DNA of 63,676 nt, filler included, from Octopus bimaculoides (Eukaryota): the NCBI RefSeq assembly GCF_001194135.2. It is 7 parts of 6 records of this genome, joined end to end, with 100 filler letters (N's around TTAATTAATTAA, not from the genome) between each part and the next. Parts side by side here need not be neighbours in the genome. Positions count along the whole stretch, not along the records: positions 25,703 to 44,183 come from NC_069003.1; positions 44,284 to 59,117 come from NC_068986.1; 5 more parts are not named here. The stretch is one strand, 5' to 3'. The notes under the pieces are model-generated. The model ran no database searches and was not told where the DNA came from. It saw nothing but the letters and a program-made list of their open reading frames with translations. Shown here piece after piece: positions 37,311 through 47,875 of the stretch. How positions within the stretch are numbered: the stretch's first letter is position 1; each line of letters starts with the position of its first letter. The position numbers and the translations under genes were made by a program.

Positions 37311-37843
37311 GTGTCATGTGAAGAAGTGGGGGAGACACATAGTCCACCTTCATTTCAATTTACCTCACCCAATTCTTTCCTGTTTCTTACCCATTTTCCA
37401 GCTGTTGCCACTTATTTAGCCTGTTTCCCTTCCTCGTTCTTATACCCTTCACTTTCTTGTTTTCTTTCTTCTTTCCTTGGCACCAACCACTTGTATTTTT
37501 TAACTCCTCCCTTCCTCTTACCACTTCTTCCTTCCCGACCAACAACTGTTCACATTTCTAACTGCCACCACCCTCGCCTGTAACCTTATTTCCTCTACCC
37601 TCTCACTACTGCAGTTTCCCATCCTGTCACAATAACTCTCTCGCTCTCTCTTTCCCTCACCTATGACATGTTTCCGTTCGCCTCATCTATTGTAAACTCT
37701 AATTCGCTCCATTATACCCTACTCCATTCCTCGCCCTCATTCTGATCCATTCCTGTACTTATTCACCCTATTTTTCCAATTCACTTTTTTTTTTCTAAGT
37801 CTAATGCTTCCACCCTCTAATACATACATACATACATACATAC

Positions 37844-37889
<46 letters not shown>

Positions 37890-37918
37890 ATAATATGTGA
37901 CAATTATTCGGTAGCCAT

Positions 37919-37979
37919 GATAAAACTCCGAGTTTCGGATGCCGGGGCGGAAACCCACGCCGGCATCTCTTCAGTTATC
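37919..37979 (-). ncRNA. Candidate type I hammerhead ribozyme
   Basis: Reverse complement: GATAA CTGAAGA GATGCCGG-14 nt-CCGGCATC C GAAA CTC G GAG T T TTATC. Core, 5-bp helix I, 8-bp helix II and near-palindromic helix III are all readable. Cleavage triplet is GUU. There is one extra C at the base of helix II. Confidence 0.7.
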
Positions 37980-38249
37980 GGGCCATTGAAAAAATGCTGT
38001 GAAAATGACCGTTAAAACAAAGGGAAATTATTGGGTGATTGACCGTTATTAAGACAAAAGAGCTATTAGAATGACCGCTAAGTAAGGGGAGGGAGTAAAA
38101 GGTAAGGGAGTAAAAATGTTCATAGTAATCGCGTAAGCGCGCATGTCCATACATACACATGAGCGCCCGCACACCCACATACATGCGCCTGTATGTATAT
38201 ACTCATCCACCCTCACTTGAAACACAGACATGCTCACCCACACATTCGC

Positions 38250-38870
38250 CAAAAAATGTATACATACCCGCATACACGTTCGCACACACACACGCACGAA
38301 AAAAAGAAGAAAAAGGTTCATACACCCGTCTATACACGCACATGCACAAGAAAAAACAGGGCTACAGGCAAAATACAGAAAAATGTGTGAAAAAAAGTGT
38401 AAAAAATAAGCAATAAGTGTAAAACATGTCTATATACGCACATACACGCATGCACGCACACACACGTCTAATATACGCATATTCCCGCACACGTCTATAT
38501 GCACACACACACACACACATCTAATATATGCACATACCCGCACACGTCTATACACGCACACACGCGCGCGCACAAAAAAGAAAAAAGTTCATACACACGT
38601 CTATATATGCACATGCACAAGAAAAAACAGGGCTAAAGGCAAAATACAGAAAAATGTGTAAAAAAGTGTAAAATATAAGCAAAAACACGTCTATATAGAC
38701 GCACATACTCGTATGCACGCACACACACACGTCTATATACGAACATACCCGCACACACGCACACATCCATATGCGCGGACAAAAAATTCCATATACACGT
38801 CTATATACGCACAGGAAAAATGCAGGTTGGAAGGTAGAATACAGAAAAATTATGTGTAAAAAAATATATG
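38250..38870. repeat. Tandem repeat with a unit of about 270 bp (two units plus a partial)
   Basis: catgcacaagaaaaaacagggcta.aggcaaaatacagaaaaatgtgt near 38341 and 38612, with a divergent third copy near 38810. Subunits are rich in cacgtctata. Confidence 0.8.
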
Positions 38871-39633
38871 AGCAATAAAGCTATAAACCAACATCTCAAT
38901 TAATATGAAAAAAATATATATAAGAAATATAAGTAAAAAGTATAGAGAGATAGAATGCTTGTATGTGGACACAATATAGAAAGCAAGTCCTATCTGTAAT
39001 CTCGGGGGGACCAAAAACGTAACAAATATTATTATATATATATACATATATATATCGTTTTTAACTAGCTAATCATCTTTATTATTTATCTTTACTACTA
39101 ATAGTCATCACGGTTTGGTTCTGCAAGTAATGTTTCTTAATTCACCTATTTGTACTGCTTCTATTAGGAATAGATGAATTATGAAACACGCCTGAAGAAT
39201 CGAATAATGGCGAAACTGTCAGTTGTAATACAAAACGAATACCCTGCTGATAACTACACACACACACACACACATTTTGGTATATATAGTTATCAACTGG
39301 CTGTGTGGTAAGAAGCTTGCTTCCCAACCAATTCGCTGTGTGGCATCTTGGTCTAACAGCCAATGTTAGAGCTGTTAGACCACCCACAAAGATAATTTGT
39401 TTTCAAGGGTGAATTCTCATGTAGGTGCAACTACACTATTCGGAAATGTTGATCGCAGAAAGTCAGGGCAAATGTTTACCACAAGCTCAATGAAAAACAT
39501 TCCGCAAAAACTTTTCTATTGAAGTTCTCTGTCTCCTAGTTTATTTGCCTTCACCACAGCTAAGAATCCAACACACACTNNNNNNNNNNNNNNNNNNNNN
39601 NNNNNNNNNNNNNNNNNNNNNNNNNNNNNNNNN

Positions 39634-39664
<31 letters not shown>

Positions 39665-40214
39665 TATAAACTCTCCTGACTTTATCCACCCTTTGAAGCA
39701 TCTTTTCTCAAAACCACCCTACTAACCATGAGGCTTGGTGGTATTGCTGATGTAGCTGCCGACGGCCAGATCTTGCAACAGGTTTTATTGGGTAGCACAC
39801 AAAAACAATCACACACACACACACACACTACACATGCACATACATACATGTACATATACATACACACACACACAAATACATATATACATATAACATATAT
39901 AGTACCATGCAATATAGCATTGAGTTTCCTTCTAAATATTGCTTATATAAGTGTGTGTATGCACGTGCGCGCCGGTGTACCTTTTGGTGTAAAATGTAAA
40001 AACGATCAACGAGAAATTCGATAAACTGGTGCTATCAAACGAAAATCCCTGGTGATATTTCTCCGCTCGAGTTATGCAGACACTTCCTCATCATTCCTAT
40101 TATAATAAACGCCATGTGTTTATTTATAGTAGGAATATATTATATGCTTTTATTGGTGCTTGGGCTGTTGGAAGAAAAACGTATCATCACTCTCCTCGTC
40201 ATCTTTCCTGGCAA

Positions 40215-40410
40215 AATTGTTAGCCCGGTGGACGAAATGCTTAGCGGTATTTCACCCGTCGCTACGTTCTGGGTTCAAATTCCGCCGAGGTCGAATTTGC
40301 CTTTCATCCTTTCGGGGTCAATAAATCAAGTACCAGCGAAACACTGGAGTCGATGTAATCGACTAGTCCCCTCCCCCAAAATTTCAGGCCTTGCACCTTC
40401 AGTAGAAAGG
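40215..40410 (+). mobile_element. SINE family A, near full length, with (TTA)n tail
   Basis: gaaatgcttagcggtatttc..gggttcaaattccgccgaggtcgaatttgcctttcatcctttcggggtc..cccctcccccaaaatttcaggcc. Confidence 0.85.
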
Positions 40411-40411
40411 A

Positions 40412-40442
<31 letters not shown>

Positions 40443-40449
<7 letters not shown>

Positions 40450-40500
40450 TAGTTTTATTTTTATAACGTACTTTCACTTCACTACCGAGCGCAGCTCTGT
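40443..40500 (-). mobile_element. R4/Dong-like 3' terminus (subfamily 1) running into a gap
   Basis: ttcagtagttttatttttataacgtactttcacttcactaccgagcgcagctctgt is the reverse complement of 1820-1873; it abuts (TTA)n. Confidence 0.85.
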
Positions 40501-41290
40501 NNNNNNNNNNNNNNNNNNNNNNNNNNNNNNNNNNNNNNNNNNNNNNNNNNNNNNNNNNNNNNNNNNNNNNNNNNNNNNNNNNNNNNNNNNNNNNNNNNNN
40601 NNNNNNNNNNNNNNNNNNNNNNNNNNNNNNNNNNNNNNNNNNNNNNNNNNNNNNNNNNNNNNNNNNNNNNNNNNNNNNNNNNNNNNNNNNNNNNNNNNNN
40701 NNNNNNNNNNNNNNNNNNNNNNNNNNNNNNNNNNNNNNNNNNNNNNNNNNNNNNNNNNNNNNNNNNNNNNNNNNNNNNNNNNNNNNNNNNNNNNNNNNNN
40801 NNNNNNNNNNNNNNNNNNNNNNNNNNNNNNNNNNNNNNNNNNNNNNNNNNNNNNNNNNNNNNNNNNNNNNNNNNNNNNNNNNNNNNNNNNNNNNNNNNNN
40901 NNNNNNNNNNNNNNNNNNNNNNNNNNNNNNNNNNNNNNNNNNNNNNNNNNNNNNNNNNNNNNNNNNNNNNNNNNNNNNNNNNNNNNNNNNNNNNNNNNNN
41001 NNNNNNNNNNNNNNNNNNNNNNNNNNNNNNNNNNNNNNNNNNNNNNNNNNNNNNNNNNNNNNNNNNNNNNNNNNNNNNNNNNNNNNNNNNNNNNNNNNNN
41101 NNNNNNNNNNNNNNNNNNNNNNNNNNNNNNNNNNNNNNNNNNNNNNNNNNNNNNNNNNNGAAATCGATAGAATAAGTACCAGCTGAGTACTTTCGTCGAC
41201 GTAATCGACTTACACCCCACCCAAATTGTAGGCCTTGTGCCAAAATTTGAAATCATGATCATCATTATGATGATGATGATGATGATGATG

Positions 41291-41349
<59 letters not shown>

Positions 41350-41515
41350 GACGGCAAGTTGGCAGAATCGTTCTGAGTTCAAATTCCGCCGATGTCGACT
41401 CTGTCTTTCATCCTTTTGGGGTCGATAAAATAAGTTTTAGTTGAACACTGGGGTCGATGTAATCGACTTAACCCCTCCCCCAAAATTGCTGCCCTTATGG
41501 CAAAATTTAAAACTA
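41350..41515 (+). mobile_element. SINE family A copy
   Basis: ggcaagttggcagaatcgtt..ctgagttcaaattccgcc..catccttttggggtcgataaaataag. Confidence 0.8.
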
Positions 41516-41534
41516 TTATTATTGTTGTTGTTGT

Positions 41535-42045
41535 TTACTTTTAATCTGCATGTTTGTTGCTATCACTTGTCGAGACACACCCAGCGCCCTAGAGCAAGTG
41601 AAGGATAAAAGATGTTACAATATAACTGAAAGCTTCGAGAAGGAGGTGGCAGGGGTCTCCATGTAAGACAACACAGACATTAAATTGACAGGGCTTTTCT
41701 AAGGATATGCGCAGTACTTGTCAGCACGATCTTTTGTATTTGAGACATGGTTCGCCTGGGATGTTGTCTAGATGTTTATTACAGCCCCACCCCTTTTTTG
41801 TCATATCTAAGACACCTACAATAACAGGAACAGTTTTTGCTTTAAGATTCCACATCTTTTGCATTTCAATTTCTAGGTCCTTTTATTTATTTTGTTAAAT
41901 TTCTTTACAGATATATTTTTATCAGTGGGAACACTTACATCTATTAGTCTATAAGTATTTTCTTCCCGTCTTTTATTAATTATATCTGGTCGAATAGCCT
42001 GGATCGTTCTGTCAGTGTTAACTGGAAAATCCTAGAGGATAGTGA
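41535..42045 (-). mobile_element. R4/Dong-like RLE domain and 3' UTR (subfamily 3)
   Basis: Reverse complement: DFPVNTDRTIQAIRPDII...KDLEIEMQKMWNLKAKTVPVIVGVL..HLDNIPGEP, i.e. the RPD/KY-type RLE motif. Ends at an (AAC/AAT)n tract. Confidence 0.8.
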
Positions 42046-42771
42046 CATTTTTACACACACTTATATAAACAATATTTAGAAGGAAACTCAATGCTATATT
42101 GCATGGTACTATATATGTAATATGTATATATGTATTTGTGTGTGTGTGTATGAATATTTACATGTATGTATATTGTGTGTGCGTGTGTGTGTGTGCGTGC
42201 ATGTGTGATTGCTTTTGCGTGCTACCCAATAAATTCTAATCATTTTTATGATATTTTACGTCTAATTATTTCTTTGTATGATAGTGCTCGTTTAGTAAAT
42301 ATTGCTTTCATTATTTTATCAGTCACAAAGTCTCTTTTTTAAACAAACATCAAGGTAGTCCAACTACGTTTAGTGTGCAAAAAAAATAACAGCGATAACA
42401 TAAGAGATATTTTAATACCTATAGCGTATCAAATAGCTATAGCAACAAATTCACTTGATAATTCTTAGATAACGACAGAAAGGAAATAAGTCACATGAGT
42501 TCGAAGCTTCAGTAAGTTTTAATAAGTTGTCCGATATAAATTTTTTTCCCAGTACGTATAAACAATAAACTGAGGGCATTTATACAGCGAATTTAAATCA
42601 ACAAAATACCTGATTTTCTCATCTGAAATAACGAAATAAAACTTGAAATTAAAAAATTGCAATGAATATATATTAAGTAAATTATTATTAATGACAACAA
42701 TTAGAGGCGGAAGACAGAGAACAGGAGACTGTGTTGCAAATGAAAACGAAAAATTTCGCCAGAACATAATA

Positions 42772-42897
42772 TTCTTTTCTTTTCTACTCTAGGCATAAGG
42801 CCCGAAATTTTGGGGGAGGGGGCCAGCCGATTAGATCGACCCCAATATGCAATTGGTACTTAATTTATCGACCCCGAAAGGATGAAAGGCAAAGTCG
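42772..42897 (-). mobile_element. SINE family A, 3' portion
   Basis: ttctactctaggcataaggcccgaaattttgggggagggggcc..atcgaccccgaaaggatgaaaggcaaagtcg. Confidence 0.8.
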
Positions 42898-43430
42898 TTT
42901 TTATCGATACGTATTAAGAGAGGAACTTATGAAAATTATAGTCAAACGTATAAAAGTTCGTTGAAAAGTATCTTGTAACGAATATTTCAATTTGTCAACT
43001 TAAAATATTCAATAATAAACATAAGTTCAGAAAGTAAATTTTCCTGAAAATTTCAATTTATGAAAAATCTCACTTGCTTGGTAAATATTTCTTTTAGTAA
43101 TTTATCGTATTTGTAATATATCTCTAATTTAAACAAACTTCAAGGTAACCCAACAAGATTTAGCGTGCTAGAAATAGCAGCAATCACATAGTTATTATCG
43201 TAAGGCTTATAGCGTTCCTAACATCCATACCAACAAAATCACTTCGTAATTTTAAAAAGAAATTGTACCAGTATATTAAAAAAATTTCATTTTAATCAAA
43301 ACTATTCATTTAACAAACTCCGGAAACTGATATTATTCTTGTGCCTTGTATCATTAGCCTCAAAGTTATACAGCTATTTTGCCTAATAGCATTCATCCAT
43401 TCAATAAATAATTTTTTTTACATTACATAT

Positions 43431-43492
43431 ATAAACTGTGGTTTTGCAAATAAACTGTGGGTTTTGCAAATAAACTGTGGGTTTTGCAAATA
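43431..43492. repeat. 20-bp minisatellite, three copies
   Basis: (a)taaactgtg(g)gttttgcaa repeated three times. Confidence 0.9.
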
Positions 43493-43854
43493 GCGAATTA
43501 AAACTTGAAATGAAAACATTGAAATGAATATATATTAAATTATCATTAATGAAAATAGAGGTGAGAGAGAGAGCGAGAGTCTATTGCAAAGGAATAATAT
43601 TGTTTATTAAACATTAAAATCTACTCCGCAGTGAATGCAACGAATATTAAGATTTGTGAAATACTCGTAATTCAAATTTACAATAATCTTCAGAAATCAA
43701 AATTACAGGGAATTTCTTGGAACATGTATTTATAAAAAAATTTCCAGACAGTCATGCCTTTAATGATTGCTTACATACCTAATTAATTAGCAGCTTTCTC
43801 CATTATAATATAGAAGAAGCTTTCTCCATTAATATATAGATTATTATTATTATT

Positions 43855-44183
43855 ATTGTTCAGTAGTTTTATTTTTATAACGTGCTTTCACTTCACTACC
43901 GAGCGCAGCTCTGTGCGCCTTGGGTATGTGCTGTGGTTTGCTGTGGTGTTCTTATGTTTACTGTATTGAAAGTGTTTTGCGTAGAATGTGTGCAGTACCC
44001 AGTAGTGCAATTTTCTGTATGTTATATATATTTGTAAGTCCTGGTATTTTTGTTATGTATTTGTCTGAATATTTTTTTATTATACCTAAGGCACCTACTA
44101 TGATAGGAATTGTTTCTGTTTTTAGATTCCACATTCGAGTTATCTCTATTTCCAGGTCTTTGTATTTTGAAAGTTTTTCCATT
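43855..44183 (-). mobile_element. R4/Dong-like 3' end (subfamily 1)
   Basis: MEKLSKYKDLEIEITRMWNLKTETIPIIVGALG..LLGTAHILRKTLSIQ*; nearly identical to 1618-1873; abuts (TTA)n. Confidence 0.9.
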
Positions 44184-44282
44184 NNNNNNNNNNNNNNNNN
44201 NNNNNNNNNNNNNNNNNNNNNNNNNNNTTAATTAATTAANNNNNNNNNNNNNNNNNNNNNNNNNNNNNNNNNNNNNNNNNNN

Positions 44283-44645
44283 NAGCTGTAATCGCCGTCT
44301 TTGTGACGTTTACAGCAGCTGCGTTCCTATCACTGAGTGAGCACGCGCTACTCTGTTCTTTTTTTTTTCTAGCATCTGAAGCCTCGGGAAAATGCTCGTC
44401 AAAAGAACAAGACAAGCGTTCCAAAATTATGTTTCTCGACATTTTTCAAATGTCGAGAAAGAAATTTTTGTATTTTACTAGGGCCGAAACTGCCCCTGGG
44501 GGCCAATTCCTGCCCTTGAAAATACACAAAAATGAAGCCTAGGTGCTTCGCAACAAAAATATTAAAAAATTCCAACAAAATGTGGACAATAAAAGGTCAA
44601 AAAAACGTTTACCCCTACAGCCGATGTGACAGCACGTCCGTGAGA
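44283..44645 (-). mobile_element. 5' end (UTR and ORF1 start) of the GATA-associated Tx1-like family
   Basis: Homologous to 49657-50027. ORF MSRNIILERLSCSFDEHFP starts at 44442. Abuts (GATA)n at 44648-44710. Confidence 0.7.
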
Positions 44646-44647
44646 AG

Positions 44648-44711
<64 letters not shown>

Positions 44712-45329
44712 CACGTGGTATTACTTTCTTAAGAATAAATCATATGCCATTTTAAAAATTTACTGGGAAATTACTACTTGCAAGGAAAAGTATTTAAGTT
44801 CGTCTTTTTGCCTATTTTCAAGGGAGCTGTGAGAAATACAAGTTCTATTAGTGAATGTAATCGCATTTTCTCTAGGTATTACATGATTCTTTTTATATCG
44901 ATATAAACAATGGTTACCATTATCCTTTGTAGAACTGTAATAACTCGTCTAGTTTATGTATCTGTATGCATCTCACAGGGGTTCTGGAAGCACTTTTGGA
45001 TAATTGCTCATTCAGCATTTCATTTTACCATTATGAGCTGTTTATTTGGAACAATTTTCTCTGCTTTGTGTTTCACTAAAACTGATTTTTTTCGTTATTT
45101 TTTTCCTGTAGCCTCGTTTTCTATTTTCTTCTTTTACTGGGTGTGCTTTATTTTATTCTCTATTTAAGAGTATCGTTTTCAAATGAGATTTTTGACTATC
45201 CCTGATTCGTTTATTTGCTGTTTGTCTCATAAAATTTGTCCGCCACTGGTTATTGTATTTTTGTAAATATTGCTCGCTCTCTCATATTTTCTCTCTCCCA
45301 ACCAATTCTGTCTTCTCTCCCCTCTCTCA

Positions 45330-45430
<101 letters not shown>

Positions 45431-46078
45431 AGTTGCTCAACGATTCGTTTTAGAGCGAAATTGTGTCTAAGCACAAGTTATTTCTTTCAGAAAGCTGTCT
45501 GATTTTCTCTAAAAATGTTTGCTTACATCTGTCTCAATTCTACTAAATTAAAAAAAGATGTTGTGAAGAATTAGTTGATCCTATTATTTTGCTCTAATCA
45601 ATTACAAAACCACGTCATAAAATATATATTACTTATTTGTTTTGTATGATTATAATTCGTACAATATTTTTTTTTTCTTTTAGTCTTACGCAGTCTTTCT
45701 CTAAACAAGCTGTAGGAAATCATTAAAGCGTTGTCAGAAATTTGAAGGTGGCTAGAATGAAAATTCCTGAAGTATTACAGCTATATGGTATACTATAAAT
45801 GTAATGTACTTTTCGATGATATCCGTGATTTTACAAGATCAAAACGTATCGCGTGAACAAAGACGATTGAGAACTAATCCAAGCAATCAGTCAAATTTAT
45901 TAAATCTCAAAATTATCATAAATGATTAATTAAACTTTTCTATACAAAAGGTTTTACACGAACGTCAGTATTATCATTTCATAACTGTATACAAACTTAT
46001 CCAAATTTACAAATTGTTACTTTAATATTATGTTCTATTATGTTCTGTAGCCCAATTATTACAATATACATTATACAT

Positions 46079-46333
46079 CGATGTTTTTCAACCATTTTTT
46101 TCCTATGAAGCCCCTTGATATGTGTTTTTACTCGAATGGACCCCACAAATCATTTGATATTTAAAAATCCTATTATATTTTTATAATTAAATTATATTAG
46201 GAATTGTATAAAGAAAATTGTTGAAATATTTTGCGTATTTTAGAAGTAAAAGCAATTTATTGCACATTATTTTTAACAGCAAAATCTAACATGGACCCCT
46301 AAGAGTCATGTGGACCTCGTCTGAGAATCACTG
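46079..46333. mobile_element. hAT (Charlie-like) MITE
   Basis: Ends cgatgtttttcaacc and ctgagaatcactg resemble CAGTG.TTCTCAAC TIRs, with internal atggacccc subterminal motifs. No clear 8-bp TSD. Confidence 0.45.
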
Positions 46334-47674
46334 ACATAGATAATCGCTATTTATTTATTTGCAATATTTTGGTCAATTTGAGCACATGTACATGAGTAGA
46401 TTAAGCTTGATGAGTCACTTTTTCTCTCTGTTTGTCTCCTCATGTCAATTTGTCCTGAAAAGTCATTTACACTTTGCCATGAATAGTTGCATTAATCTTT
46501 AATTTCATATATTTTTTCAATGAGATTAGTAGTACGAGGTAAAACATTTTAGTATTGTAGTGACAGATATAAGAACATCATGAAGTATGTTAGCCAGATT
46601 GGGAATCACTCATATAGCTATTTCAAACCTTTGATCATATTCTAAACATTTGATAAGATCACGTTTTACATCAACAATAGTATAATTTCTATACGTTACG
46701 AGTTTTAAAATGTTTCTGTACTTCAAAACTCCACTCCTACAAAACTATTGACATTTTAAAATTGTTGGCGTTGTTGTTTTCTTCCAATCATTTCCCACAT
46801 ATTTCTGTATCTACGCAGTAACAATTCCAACGCTGCATAGAAAATTATGATTCCGAAATATAGAAACCTCAGGCACTAGCCATTACGCTTTCAAAAGAAC
46901 TTAAACAGCTTTCTTTTCACCAGCTGAAGATATTATATAGAACTAGAATAATTTGCTCTTGATACGTACGTAGCAAAACGTTGCACAAATTGGCAAACAG
47001 GAGCTGAGCACTATAAACGATTCACAATCATTGCTATCATTGTCATCTCCCTCACTTCAACATTAGCAGCAGCAGTAGCAGCATTGTTATTTTCATTTTC
47101 ACCAGAACTTCTTAATCATCATCATCATCATTAGCATTAGCATCATCATCGTCACAATTATCATTTTCATCATCATTATCAGCTTCGCAAGCAAAATCAC
47201 CAGCATCATCCTCGACGTCGTTAACATTTTCACAAACAGCATTAACAACAAAATTATCATTATCCTTGTCATTACTATTTTTATCAATATTATGATTGAT
47301 ATCTAATTTATCGTTCATATTATCGCTATATAAAGCGGTGGGGGGGCGGCAGGATCTGTAAAGAACTTGCTGTGTCTTTGAATTTTGTGCCTTGAGGTTA
47401 TTGCGTTTAGAAAACATAACTCATTTTATTTTTAGTCGAAAAAGTTTTGTCATTCATTATTTGCCTAAATGTTACTGTATGTTTATATTTTTTAAAAATG
47501 ACATTATATTTCATAACAATGGTAACTGTCTTCTCCTATAGCTCGCAGCTATCCAATTCATGGAGTGAAATTTGGAAGACGGAAATTGTGCGGAAGCCAG
47601 TTGATATATATATGAATATGTATCAAAACAGACATATAGATGTATGGATGAATATGTACGCATGTATATGTGTG

Positions 47675-47725
<51 letters not shown>

Positions 47726-47826
47726 ATAGATATGCATACACACGGATACATAGACATTCACATAGATAGATAGATAGATAGATAGATACATACATACATA
47801 CATACATACATACATACATACATAGG

Positions 47827-47875
<49 letters not shown>

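Noticed and set aside
38250-38870. CRISPR-like array (also 43431-43492 and 56770-56872)
   Set aside because: Eukaryotic context, no unique spacers of regular length and no cas genes.
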